This document shows, one piece after another, positions 36,446-50,345 of a DNA stretch of 64,000 nucleotides. This stretch comes from Antechinus flavipes (Eukaryota). The translations under genes were made by a program, and so were the position numbers. Numbering within the stretch: the stretch's first letter is position 1; the number at the start of each line of letters is the position of its first letter. The DNA is taken from positions 226,114,001 through 226,178,000 of the forward strand of contig NC_067403.1 in assembly GCF_016432865.1 (NCBI RefSeq). The letters are read 5' to 3'. The notes beneath the pieces were generated by a model. It was not told the origin of the DNA and did no database searches. It saw only the letters and a program-made list of their open reading frames with translations.

Positions 36446-37299
36446 GAAAGCCAAATGCCCGTAGCCAATCCATGTGTGGAAAATAGGGACTTTATATTTA
36501 ATGTATTTTTCTTACCCAAAAAACAGACAATTAGAAAACATTCAAGCTAACTTGAAAATTTTTCACTTTAGATTAAACAAATAAGAAAGAATATTAGAGC
36601 TGAAATTTAACTCTTCAGAAATATTTCCTGTTTTTACAGTGATAGAATGGTCATTGGAATGAACAGCCTGCAGCATTTCAGCAATTCCTAACCCAGGGGC
36701 CCACAAGTTCTTATACTTGGGCTATCATACCTAACAATGCAGAAATATTTGGGAAGAGAAAAAAGGATTAAAGCTGATGCCCCTGCTAGTTCCTAGACCT
36801 CTGAATATGTTCATGGGGATCTCAGCATCATATAGTCTAATGTGTACTTGTATGGAAACCTACTTTCCAAAATCCTCAAAGAGGCCCTTCATCCTGCACT
36901 CAGGGACCCCTAGCACAGAGAGCTCCCTACCTTTTGCAGTGACCCATGCCACAGAGAGACAGAGCTATTTGTCAGAGATTAAGTTCTTTCTAGCATGCTG
37001 AAATCTGTCTCCCATTGCTATTATTTTTATCCTCTGGACCCAATCAGAATATGATTCTGTGTATTGTAACCAAAATATAATATTTAAATTAGCTGAATGA
37101 GTAGATTTAAGCTTGATACTGTCTATCAAAATCCATGTACATATACACATGTATTTATATGTATGTATATGTGTACATATATAAAGATGTGGTCATATAT
37201 GACAATTCTTATTACATGTCACAGTCTTTGAGACACGTGAAGGTAACCGTTATGACACTAAGTGTTCTTTTCTTTGGGCTAAACATAGCCAATTATTTA

Positions 37300-38215
37300 A
37301 ATTGATCTTGTATGAAATTGCTTCCAGTGATGACCATATCATCACACTTAGGAACATGCTCTAGTTTATCAATATCCTCCTTAAAATGTAGCACCAGGGC
37401 AAACTTTTTGGAAATTGAGGGGATGTCCATCATTTGGGGAATGGCTGAACAAGTTGTGTATGATTGTGATGGAATTCTCTTGTGCTTGATGAAATGATGA
37501 ACTTGAAGAAAAACTTTGAAAAACATGCATGAACTATCTCTGTGATCTGAACACTGTCCCTCTCTTAATGTAGCCTAAGATCCAGTTGCTACTACTTTGG
37601 ATACCATGATATATTGCCCATGGCTTACCACACTGATACTAAAAAATGCAGAAACCACCTAAAAGGAGGTCTCCAGAGCATTTAGATACAGAAAAATCGT
37701 GACGGAACAGTAACAAGAATTACACAGGGGAAAAAAACGTGCTCATGACATGATAATAATGGAGGCTAAGTCTACATCATTGAGTTCAAGATCTTTGAAA
37801 TATTTAAGAAGTTATACTGTGGGCTTGTGTTGAGTTTAGAATCCTTAAAAACCTCCAAATTGTTTTCACATGAACTATTTAGCCATGCTGTCCCCATCAA
37901 GTATTTGTGAAAGTAATTTTTTAAATCTTAAGTGTAGTACTTTACAGTTATTCCTTCATTGTTCTAATCTACTGACATCTTTAGAGTTTCTGACTGCCAT
38001 CCATGTGTTAGCTAGCTCTCCAGTTTTCTGTCATTTACTAATCTGATGAACATACTATCTGTGCCTTCAAATCAAGTTATTGGTAAAAATGGTATATTAA
38101 GAGAAGACAAGGAGCAGATCCCTGAACCAGTCTTATTAGAAAGCTCTCTCCCAAGTCCCACTATTTTCTGGTCCAATCAATTAATCAGTTCTAAAGCCAT
38201 CTGAATTTTTAACTA
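37300..38215 (-). mobile_element. L3/CR1 fragments with an internal L1 piece at about 37398-37535
   Basis: 'gaacatgctctagtttatcaatatcctccttaaaatgtagcacc', 'ctctcttaatgtagcctaag' and 'tctgtgccttcaaatcaagttattggtaaaaatgg..gagcagatccctg' are antisense L3 RT-region hallmarks. Confidence 0.75.
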
Positions 38216-41200
38216 TAAAAATACCTTGGCTGTAATAATTCTATCACCATCTTTTTTTCCAAAAGACTCCTTTCAAATCATGAAGCAGCAAAAGTACCCC
38301 CACAATACTCTGATCAAAAAGCCAGTGGAAAAACATTCTGGACTTTAATGAACCATTACAAATAAGTAGAATGTGCTCTCCATTCCTGGTGTTATTTGTC
38401 CCACTGAAATCTTTTACCTCTTTTTCTTCATGGACAGTCACTTTAATTTTTTTTTTCCTTCTCTTTAACCTCAGCAGCATGTCCTCTATTTACAGTATCC
38501 ATGGAATCACGAAGGGTCACTATTGTCTGCCCATTTCCAAAATAGTCTGGCATGTTTTCAAATTGCTTTGCTTGAATTGTACTGAAGTGGTTACCCGCTG
38601 GTGCAGGAGTACACTTCAGCACCCTTTTGCTCTAATCAGGCCAAAAAAGAGGGAGAATGAGAAAATAAAAAACTCTTTTATGTACTAGCCCAGGAAACAA
38701 TGGGTAAGGAATATGCTTGTTTTAATGTATGTTAAAGTATCTTCCAGTAGAATTGGAATTACTTTCAAAGCATTTTTTTTAACCTCAAATAAATTTATTA
38801 GACACATTGATGCAGACAAAACCATTTAGGCCACTAAATAAGACATCACTTAAATAAGATGTAGTGCCTATAATTTATAAGTTAAAGAGCATTTAGCAAA
38901 TAGTCTTTGCTCCCCAATTTCTTAAATTAAGGACCTGTGAAGCTGGACACAAGTAGAATTGAGCATCAGTCCCCACCAATGGGAGGTGGAACTAGCTTTC
39001 GAGAAATGTGAACATTGCTCATGAGAAAGCAAGGAGAAGAATCACAGCCCTGAGCACATCCACCTGCGAGAGATGACACAAAGAGCCCAAGTGCCAGGTA
39101 CCAGATGGAGGGAAGTCAGACCTCTCCGTGTTCCCTTGCACAGCCAAAGTTTCTGTGCTCCTGGGGTTTGTGGTAGTGGAGGCTGGGGATGGGGACTCGG
39201 GCCCCCTTCACTCAGGCTTCCTTTCCCAGAGGATTCCTTCCAACTGGGCTCTGCTCCCCCACCAGCCTCTTTGGGAGGGTTTTTAGAGCATTTGAGTCTT
39301 GGCTTTTTAACGCAAAGTTGGCAGCCTAAGACACAGACTCCCATGTTGTTCTGCTTGATAATTCTGCTTCCAAGTCCATACCCAGGCTTGGTCTGTCCTG
39401 TTATATTGTTGATGTGCTTGAATACAGTCCCTGGAAAGATGTGCTTCTGAACTCTATCAAGAAAATGGTTTGCCTTCAGCATTCATCAAGATGCTGGTAG
39501 TTTTTGTTTCAGAGCTTTGACATGTATTCAGAATAAATCCATTTTAATGCCACAGACTTTCTTGACAACTTACTTGGATGAGTAAGATCCTATCTTGATC
39601 TCTAATATGTCTTGTGGTTATTACCCTATTGCCATATCCCACCCCATCCCAGCAAAGGAAAATCATGGAAAACAGCATCATGGATATGTGCCCCAATGCA
39701 TTATACTTTGCAATATATCACTGCTTTTGACTTAAGAAATTTTTCAGTCTATGAGTTGGATAAACTTGTTTTTGAGAACTGTGTTATTGACGCATGATTT
39801 TCCATGCAGTCCATTATTACTCTACTTAATTGAGCAACCAGGTCCTGGGTTTGCATTGCTTCAGTAAGCATACATAAGCAGTAAGTAATGTGGGGTAGGG
39901 AAAAGGCCATAGTGGCTCCACATTTGGGGTACTTCATTTAAGTCTGGCTGCATTGTGTTGTAAAAGACATCATTAAAAAAGGAAGTGGGTCAGTCATTTA
40001 CCAAGTGAGGATTAATCCAAATGGTGCTGTAGTGTCTCTAAATAAATTATAAAAGACCCAGCAGAAAGTCCCTAGTATACTGTTTAGCTCTGCCTGAGAT
40101 AGTTTATTCAAAAATCTCTTTGTCAATGATAGAAAAGGATCATAAGTCCTACAAAGTATAAAATTGGGAGCACAAGGATTCAGACAGTGTTTAAATTCTG
40201 AGATCACTAGAACTTTGATTAGGTGAAATGTTTTCAATAAGTAGAATAGTATTAGAAGTAAATAAACTAAAGGACTGATATAATAAAAACCAATTTACAT
40301 TTACAGGAGCACTTGATATTGATTCTTATTATATAGTTTTACTTCGACAACTTTTTCACCCTCATAACTGTTTAATGAGTGCTAATAGCCTTTTAATGCT
40401 CCTCTTGCTAATGGACACTTACTTGTTTCCTTGCCCTAAGTGTTCTCACCTCCTTCTAGCTTTCTCTTCTTGCCCTCTTTACCCTCCCACCCTGTATCTA
40501 TGTTAAACCTTTAGTACAGTCAATCTACCAGCTTCTTTACATCACTACTTTCGTGAATATTAGTGACTTTAAAATTTAGATTCCCTTTTAAAATTTGATA
40601 ACACCATAATGTCATTAATCTACCTATAGTGTTCAAATATTAAAATAAATGAAATATTAGACAAATCCCAAAGAATTTTTAAAAACCATCATAACTGTAT
40701 GATTTAGATTCCTCACACCTTAAAAAGCTTTGTGCCACTGCTTTCTTCCATTAGTGTGAAAATAGAAAATTAAGAATGAAAAATTGCAATAGTGAATTGA
40801 GTGTGATAGCTTTTTGTCATTCTTATCTCATGTTAATGACTAGCAAATTGATTATAACCTAGAGGTATTAGTGCAATTTCATGAATTTATGTAATCATAC
40901 TAAGTTTTTTTTTTAACAAAGAGTAAAATCTACAGTTACCCACTGTCGTCATAACTTGTATAGGTTTCTGCCATGTAAGTCATTTTAGTGACTAATTACA
41001 AGTACCCATTGAAACTAAAGCCTAATTCAATATTTTCCCAAAGATTATTATTGAACCACCACAATCAGAATGAACTTTTGGGTTGTTCATCAAAAATGCA
41101 AAAATTGCAGATTATTTACTGGGAGGTCCCTATGATATTTAGTTAGATGTTCCATCAGTGCACTGGACCAGAGTTGTGGATTAGCAATAAACTAGGTTGA

Positions 41201-41473
41201 AGGAAGTAAGTGAGAAATTTCACCATGCTTTTCATGGAGGAACTGACATTCTAAGAAGCTGAGTCATTTACTAATATATAAAGGTTATTGATGGTAAGAC
41301 CAGGCTATAAACTGAATTGAGGCCTTTCTGAGCCTTAGTCCAGAGCTACTTCTCCAGGTGAGCACATAAATAGGGGCAACCATAATATCCACCCCTACAT
41401 TCTAGGAAGAAGAGATGGTTGAAGTCTTATCATAAAAAATTTCAAATAATTGCTTTAAACATCATATTATGAA

Positions 41474-41474
41474 T

Positions 41475-41502
<28 letters not shown>
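41474..41502. repeat. (CA)n microsatellite
   Basis: About 14 CA units. Confidence 0.95.
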
Positions 41503-41505
<3 letters not shown>

Positions 41506-42939
41506 AGAAGGGGATGATTGAACCAAATTACCTCAAAGTCTTTCAATGATCGGTGACATTTAAATATATCAGTATGATGCCAGAATTTTAGTTTTTTTAA
41601 AAGAGGAAAAATAAAAAGTTATCATGCCTCATATATAATCTTGACCAGAAAAGACAGGACAAGCCATATTGAAAAAAATTGACTGTGGAAAACCAATGGA
41701 ATGTTAGCTCTTTGGCATTCATTGAAAGCTGACCAGAGAGTAAGAAATAAGTTTCTTTACTATTAGAAAATAATCACCAGTAAGATATAAACAAGATTGG
41801 TATTGCAATATAATTCTTCAAGCTTTTACTATTATAATGAGCTGGATATTCTTAATAAAAGCTATTTTTCATCTTTGCAAAATTGATACCTGGAAAAGTC
41901 ACAGGAGTGAACAGATTTAATTATCTACAAGAAAAAAAAAGGCAAAAAACTATATGGGTCAATCATATAAATAAGTCGTAAAGCAAAGGGGACATCTACT
42001 AGAAAGCTTTAATAAAAGAAAACAGGAAACTATGGGTGGAAATTATTATTCAAGAATTGTTTAATACTTGAGAGAGCCATTTGATCAAAAATGGAGTCAT
42101 AGAATTAGAATTCTTTTATGGTTTTGTGTTTCTGATATGACTGAACTTTAGATTTTCAAAGAACTGCCTTTTACTTCTTTGAGGTTAGGCTATCTCTTTA
42201 AAACTCAATATGGAATTAGTACTTTCTAAACTAGGAAAAAAATTGGTTAGCAGGTTTACTGACCTGGAAATCTTAAACCACAGTCTTTGAAATCATCTTG
42301 TTAAAAATGAAAAATAAACAACATGCCAAAAGTGGAGAAGGGGGGTGAAGGTTATTACTATTTTGAAGAATTCATAACAAAAGCCAACCTTAAGATGTTA
42401 AAATGTGAGCCTACAAATGTGCCAAATAATGATTTTTGTCTGTTTTGGAATAAGAATATTAACTCCATAGAGTTTGTCTATAGTAGTCTTCAAAATTGAC
42501 CACATATGACAACCTAATTTCACCAATTACAAGTAAGACCAAAAATATTTCACACGGAAAGTAATCATGTTTAGTCAGTTAATTTAATTTGTTCATTGAG
42601 CCTTTAATAAGTATTTATAGAGTTCCAGTTTTGTATGGAGTCCTATATAGGGCATACAAATGAAGCAAAAGTTAATGCTGCCTCTGTCGTTGAGTATGTA
42701 ATATAGATGAAGTGACAAGGCACGTATGAAAATGTGGACACAAATAAACAAATGTATAATGTGGATCTTCTATTCAGCCTGCTCCCCCTTCAGAGCAGAA
42801 CTCACCCTGGTGGTGGGTGACAGTGGAAAAGGAAGGGTCGAAACAAAAGACATTTAAGCTGTTTGATTCTTTTTTTAGTAGGTTGCTTTATTGATTGATC
42901 TTACAGGATAGATTGTGTCATCCCAATAAGTCATCACAA

Positions 42940-44760
42940 TTGTAATAACTGTATTTTGATAGATACATAGATAATCACAGTCTCTTTAAGAGTCTCAGCA
43001 AAGTCTTCTCCCCATACCATCTATGCTGCTTTTAGACTTCTCCATCATTACATCTTTCCTGTATCTCCATCCTTTTCTCCCTCCTCCCACCCCCTGCTTT
43101 CTTTTTTTTATTGTCTTCCCATATTTAACTGTAGGTTCCTTATGGGGCAGAGATTGACTTTTTTTCCAAATTGTTTTCCCGGTGCTCAGCATGATGGCCA
43201 CATAGTAAGAATTTAACAAGTATTTTTTGTCTATAATCTATGAATATAATTAGGTCCTACTCCCTCAGACTGCTGCCCTATCACTTTTCTTCCATCCTTT
43301 TGCCAACAGTTTTCTTAAAAGAACAATCCATTTTCACCTCCACTTCTTTCTCACTATTCACTTAATCCATATAGTCTGCCTTTGGTCAACTCTTCTGAGT
43401 CCATCACTCACTTAGATCACCAACATCCTTATGGTAACCAAATACTGTAAGGCCTTTTTTTGACCCTTATCTTAAACCATGATCAGGTCATTGAAAGGAT
43501 CCTTTAAATCCTCTTCTAGTCTAATCCCCCTCACTTTATAGAAGAGATAGAAGGGTTGTCCATGGTCATACAGGGGGTAAATGTCAGACCCAGGATTGGA
43601 ACCTCAGTCTTCTAACTCGAAATGGCATCATTTTTCTTTCTTTAAAGATGACATTGATGAATTTACAAGTGTTGGCTTCTATCTCCCTCAAAACTTTCTC
43701 ACAGTTGTATTATGAAACTTTAACATTATGTTACTTAGTAAGTAGCTGGGTAAACTTGGGCTAGTCAGTTAACTCTTGTTTCATTGTTTGCAGAATGAGT
43801 GAGGTGATCTCCATCAATTCTCAAAAACCTTCAGGGGCTTTCCCTTCCTTATTCAATAAATTGAAAGTTTCTGGTCCAGGTCTCCCAATGCTTTGTTGGA
43901 CTCCATAATCTGGCTCCATCTGACCTTGCCAGTCGGATCTCTGAATGCTCTCCTAACACATATTTTATATTTCAGCTCTTGTGTTCTCCTACTTCTGTGT
44001 CTTTAATTACATAATCTCCACTATCCGGATTGGAATTTTCCTCCAGTCTCTGTCTGTTCAGGTTCAGATTCCTGAAACCTCCCTCACTTAACACTGCTCC
44101 TATCCCATGAAAGTGATCTCTGCCTCCCACCTCCAATTTTTCACAGCACTTTTTAACTCTACTTTGTCCTTATCTCATTACTTTGTGTCATTGTGATCCT
44201 GTATCCATCTTTCCCCCTTTTACACTGTTAAGTTTCTGAAATACAGGTTCTGTATCTTGCCTGTCTTTGTATCTACCAATGGCTAGCACAAGGCCTAGAT
44301 ATTTTAGTAGACTGTCATGTAGTAGATATTCAATAAATACTTGACAAATCAAGGAAAGGACAGCTTTGGTCATAAAATTCTTCTTTTAAAAGCCTTTCAA
44401 GTTCTCTCCGTTGTCTACAAGACAGTTATAGGGGATTCAAACAATCTGGCCCAAACTTAACTTTTTAACTTCACTTTTGACTGTTGCTGTTTACATACAC
44501 TATGTTTCATCCAAGTTGAACCACTCACCATTCTCCAACTGTGTCAATCTATACCTGTCTAATTCACACTTATCCTTCCAGATGGAACTCAAATGCTACC
44601 TTCTTCCTAGAGACTTTCCTCAGTCCCCCTAGAAGGCACCTATCATTGGATCTCAGATTAAGCTCTAGAATAGACTTTAGATATTCTCAGGTCCTGTATC
44701 TTCATGTTTATTTCCCTTCTCCTTCTCCCTCCCCCCAAATTCTTTGTTGCCTTTCTTATA
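42940..44760 (+). mobile_element. Cluster of L2 fragments with interleaved MIRs (e.g. about 43480-43640 -)
   Basis: L2 3' hallmarks 'gtaggttccttatggggcagagattg..gctcagcatgatggccacatagtaagaatttaacaag' and 'ctgtcttgtatctaccaatggctagcacaaggcct..gtagtagatattcaataaatacttg'. Confidence 0.7.
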
Positions 44761-47289
44761 GCGAACAACCTTGCTACATTTAATATTATAGGGATTTATA
44801 TACATATCTTTGTTTCATGGGTTGAAAAAAATTCTCATAATTTTAGGAGGGCTAAAAAAGTTCCACAGCAAAAGAGCAGATCTTTTGTGAAAGACATGGT
44901 TAAGAGATGTTACACAAGATGAGGAAGGGATGGAAAGGTGGTGGAGAGTGCATACTTTGGGGGATCCCAGATCCATCCTTTAAAGACATGAAGTCGCTCC
45001 TGCTGGACTACAAACTCCATTAGGTCAGATACCACGTTCTCTCTTCTTCATATTCTCCCCATGACCTGACACCCTGTGAGTTGATCTGTTTGTTTACCAA
45101 GTGTTTGTTGAATGAGTAAAAGAGGAGGAAGAAGAAACAATGAAAAGAAGGGGAAAAATTCCATTTATATCAAACTCCATTTCTTTGTTAATAATAATAT
45201 TTTATCCTTTTCTGCACTTAAACTGTAGGTTTGAAACATATTTTGTTCAATCTTAATCCTTCTCACATTTATAATGCAAAATGTTAAATAGAAGTTTATT
45301 TATTGGGTAGAAAGCTAAGATCAAGTAATTCTAATTCTATAGTTTCCTTTTAGATTGACTCTTGTGCCTTAAGCAAATTATTGATGGTTTTATTCATGTC
45401 ATTGGCTTTGAGCTCTGAGGGAAAAAATGCTGTATTACTTAAGATTATATTATTAAATATGTGTGTGCATGGTATCCTAGGACCATTTTTAAAACAAAAA
45501 AGTGGCATAATAAAAGTGAAGTTTTATTTATTGCATCTTATGTCATTATTGGAGGCCTCAGCAAATGTATGTTGAATGAATAAATGATTATATGTTGAAT
45601 GATTACTAGGATATCATAACCAGCTTTAAATAATGATATTATTAATTTAGCAAATACAAGAATTATATCAAGTATCTCAGCAATAGCTTTTAGTTTCCAA
45701 CCATAATATAAAGAAAAAAAAAAAGGAATATTGAGTTTAGTGTCGGTATTTTAAACTTTATTGGTTTATGTTATATTAAGTAGTTGGTATAACTAGATTG
45801 GGTAGACTAAATTAACAAAAATTCTCTTTATCTTTTTGGATATTTACCTTATATTCTATATTTTATACCATGTAGATATTTGGGTTTTTGTGAATATATT
45901 GTTAAGTCTGTTCCAGGGAAGGTTTTTTTTTTTTTTATGTGCCTGATTTTTTAGACAGTTTAATTATCCACATCTTCAGACTGAAGATTAATTTTAAGAA
46001 TAAAACATGGATAATTAACTATTTTTGCATTTGCATTTTCAAATTGATTTTTAAAATATAAATGTCCCCCCAAAAATTAACCTGTTGATAAGTAATTAAT
46101 TTGAATTATTTGGTTTTCTGCCTGGATCAGCATAGGAAAAGAAAATGGCATATGTCTAGATAGGCCTCAGCTTCTGAAACTGCTACAAAAAAACAGTTGT
46201 AGCCCCTGGTTGCTGGGCAATGGACAACATAGCAAACTGAGCTCCCTTCACTTTTACATTATTTATCTAGATTAATGATGTAGGCCGTCATAAAAAAAAA
46301 ACAAGGTATTTGTTATATAAATGGGATAGCTAATGCAGCTCAGGAAATTTTAAGATTTTACTTGGTGTTTATATATGCTTTCAAAGCTTTTAACCTTGGA
46401 AGACATAGAGATTGTTTGGAAACCAAAATCAAAGTCAGATTAAAAGGATTCTCTATAGGTTCCTTCCTTATATAATAATGAACCATCTTAGAAAACTGCC
46501 ACTTGATTTTTCTTATGTGAATTATTCCCTAATAGATAGAATAAAGTCCTCAAGTCATTTCATGATGGTCTTATCAATTTGCAGGATTTTTTTTTTATTT
46601 GTGAGCACTTTCTTTTACAATTTTTTCCAGAAATCAGATTCAAAGGAAATCTTTTGAATCTATAAAATAAAATGTTCCCATATATCCAATTCTCCTTAAT
46701 GATCATTGACATTAGTAAAGGATGTTCTTGAATAACAAGTGACGATAATACCTCTTCTACCTATTTTACAAAGTTGTTGTGAAAAATCAAATGGGATAAA
46801 TAATGTAGGCAAAGCAGCAGATGAGTGGGGTGACTATTCTTGTTAACATGGCCACATTACAATTACAAGTTTTCTCATATCATCACATAATGTCAATTTC
46901 TCCAGGCTCACCATAATTTCTGAAAGGAATATTTTCCACTAAAATGAGCTAATAATAAATATAGGCATTGGCCAGGTGTATGTTGCAGCTAAGGAAGAGG
47001 TAGTACTCAAACCCTACACAAACACAAAGAGTTAGGATGAAAAGAATAATGTATGTTAGGGTTTACCTAGAGAGAATTAGGCTACATACCAAAAAATAAT
47101 TTATTAAACTCTTCTTTTCTTTGCCTTTCTGTTTCTTCCTTTTGGTTTCCAGTGCAGTCTGTGCGGGATGTTTCCCGTGAGCTGCCTCTCCTCTCTTCCT
47201 CATCTCACAGCACTTCTGCCATTTGTTCTTCCTTGTGGCCTTACTCCTTAACTAGACTGACTCCATTAAGCCATCTCTATGTTTTTCCC

Positions 47290-48345
47290 TCTAAAACCTC
47301 CCCAAGTACAGTTACTGTGGAGCCCCTGATCTCCGCCATCCCCTGGGCTCCCTCTCTCCACTCACATCCCAGCTGCTGCCTTGCTTTCGCCTTTCCATGA
47401 TCTTGGAGCACAGCCTTGTTCCCCCTGATACTGCCCCATCCTGCTCACATAACCCTAGACTGCTGTGGTACCCTGTTGGTGAGACTGCCCACTGTAGCTC
47501 ATCCTTGTTCTGCTGTCAAAGGGACTGTTCCAAACTACCAGACTGATGGTCACCCGTGATGACACTCACCCTAGTCAGTAACTCTAGTGTCTTCCTATTG
47601 CTGCAAGAATAAAGACAAAGACTTTTGCTTGGCATTCAAAGCCCTGCATAATCTAGCCCCCTCCTACCTTTTCTGGACTTTTTACACTTTAATTCCTTCC
47701 ATGTACTTTAATGACCCTGGCCTCCAGCGAACCAGAACACGCCATCTCTCCAGTCTGAGTATTTTCTCTGCCTATCCCCCATGCCTCAAATGTTCTCCCT
47801 CCTTAACTCTACCTACTGACTTCCTTTAAGACCCAACTGAAATTCCAGCTTTTGTAGGAAGTCTTTCCCAAACCCTTTTAATTCTGGTGCCTTCACTCTG
47901 CTAATTGTTTTCTATTTATTCTTTTTTGTTTTATAACTTTTAAAATTTATTTATTTTTAAAACACTTTGCTTTATGAATCATGTTGGGAGAGAAAAATCA
48001 GAGCAAATGGGAAAAACCCTGGAAGAGGAAAAAAAAAACAGAAAAAAGAAGTGAAAATGGAATGTGTTCATTTCCATTCAATCTCCAGAGTTCTTTTTCT
48101 GGATGCAAATGGCATTTTCTGTCCAAAGTCTATTGGGATTACTTTGGATGTATTCTTTATATAGTTTTTAATATAGTGCTTTAATTTTTATGCTTTTCAT
48201 GTAATGTTTTAAATATACTTGTTTGCTTATTCTCTCCCCCATTCGATTGTAAGCTTCTAGGGAGCACAGACTGTCTTTTGCATTTTTTTTTTGATTTCTA
48301 GCACTTAGCATGGTGCCTGGAACATAATAGGTGCTTAATGTGAAT
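47290..48345 (+). mobile_element. L2 3' region interrupted by an L1 3' end
   Basis: 'gcttggcattcaaagccctgcataatctagccccctcctacctt..gacccaactgaaattcc..gaagtctttcccaaaccct' continues after the L1 as 'gattgtaagcttctagggagcacagactgtc..ttagcatggtgcctggaacataataggtgcttaat'. Confidence 0.82.
47925..48150 (-). mobile_element. Short L1 3'UTR insertion with 8-bp TSD
   Basis: Closely similar to 3000-3215 ('ttgctttatgaatc.tgttgggagagaaaaatcaga'). TSD tattcttt at 47917-47924 and 48151-48158. Confidence 0.85.
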
Positions 48346-49779
48346 TCTTTGATTGTTGGTAGTAAAGCTTATCTAAGAACAACTGGATCACTTGTTCAGT
48401 GCACTGGCCATAAATATGTATGTGTATATTATGTAGTATGCATGCATGATATATATAACATGTGTATATATACATACAGTATATATGTAGATATTTATAC
48501 AGGTATGTGGATGTGTATATTTATACACACACATATACAGAGTTAATGTTCTCCTTAGCTGTGTCTATGCAGTTGACTCTTACTGTCCTTCTATATAACT
48601 GATATCCTAAAAATGTGAATTTGATAATGGTTCCTGATGTCAAAAATTGAATATTTTTCCCCATTTGGATCCACTGTTTTAACACTTTCTAATTTTTTTG
48701 AAGCATGGATCTTAAAGTTGCTTCACAGTAAACATTTTTTTTAATGTTTTTATGACATGGGCCATATGTTCACTAAACTTCTATAACCCAATATTCCTTA
48801 GTGGTTGCTTATTGATAGAGACAAACTTGCAGTATTTTCGTTGACATCTAGCACTAGTTTTGTACACAGATGCTCCTTTAAAATTTATTTTGGGGAGTCT
48901 TCTATCCAGATTTTCTTTATTAATATTTTCATTAAATTGTCATATGTAGTTATAGAACTTATTAAGATAAAGTACCAAATGTAAAGACTATACATTTATT
49001 TTAAAATATCTTAGATTGAAATTACAAGCCTTTTTCTTAAATGTGCACAGTAATTCTTTTATTTGAATGTAATAGTGCCCTCTATGTTTTTTAGCCATTG
49101 CAGGATATTTTTCTATAAAAATACTTATTTATTCATCTTTATTGTCACTTCTATTATTCATCTTCAAGAAAAAATCAAGAAGCAAATTATTTAATTATAC
49201 AAGTACAATACATTTCCTTCTTTAAAATAATAGCCATGGTTACCCTCATCAGTTCCTCTGGGGTTTTAAGAATATATCAGTTTTACAGGTAGAATCAATG
49301 ATCTAGACAACTAATAATAATAATGCTTCCTTGCTTAAAACAAGTTCTTTCACTGAATGTCTTTTCCATGAAGTTTAAGATTTTGTTGAATTTATCACAA
49401 TAGAGAAAGGATCAAATTCCTCAAACTCTTGACCATCAACCCAGGATCTCTAGTTGCTAAAAATCATGCAAGACTTAGCAGTGGACAGACTGGCAAGGAA
49501 TCAAAATTACCAGAAATATGGCAGATGAGAATATTCCAAGGTGTGGAAGAGGTTGGACAAAATGGGAGAATCTGCCCAGTATGTCCTTTTAGTTTCACCA
49601 TGTGACTCTTCCTATTAAGAATCCACGATGACTTAGACCAAACTTCATAACTAATGTTGGCCCATCATCATCTGGTCCCACTTAATTTCCCATTTTTAAC
49701 TTTAATTTCCCATTTCTTGGAATGTCAGGAGCATCAATGACCATCTGATTCCACCCATACCAGAAAAAAAAGAAAAGAA

Positions 49780-50345
49780 AATACCATCCATCTTCTGACA
49801 AGCAATAAACCAGTCTGTGCATAAAGACCTCCAGGGAAAGGGAACCTACTACCTTACAACTCTGCCCATTCTACTTAGGGATAGTCCTGACTTCTAGAAA
49901 GTTTTTTCTTAATTCAAGTCTAAATCTTTACAATTACTACTTATTTCTTGTTCCTGTTCTGCCTGTTGGGACCAAGCATACTATTCTCCTCTGGGACAAC
50001 CCATCAAGTACAAAAGGCTGTGATCATACCCTGCTAAGTATTCTCTTCTTCAAATAAAACATTCCCAGTCTCCTGAGCCAGCCATCATGTGACATAAGCC
50101 CAAGTCCCCCTCATCCAAATGAGCTTTAAAACATTGACATCAAGAACTATACTCTAGTTGTAGTTCCAGGATAATGTATACAAGACTATTATATCTCTTA
50201 TTCTAGAAACTCTGTTTTTCTTAATTCAGCCAAAGATTCCACTGACTTTTTCAATTACCATATTTATGCAATACAATCGCTAAGTAAAACTTAAAATTTT
50301 CTGAACTACATTAGCTATCCCATTTATATGACAGATAGGTTTTGG
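49780..50345 (-). mobile_element. L3/CR1 3' region
   Basis: 'cccattctacttagggatagtcctgacttctagaaagtttt..aagtctaaat' and 'cttctcttcttcaaataaaacattcccagtctc'. Confidence 0.7.

Noticed and set aside
39042-39482. Antiparallel 146-aa and 125-aa ORFs
   Set aside because: GC-rich patch with low stop frequency. Neither peptide resembles a family I know, so it is mentioned only as part of the TE-poor block.
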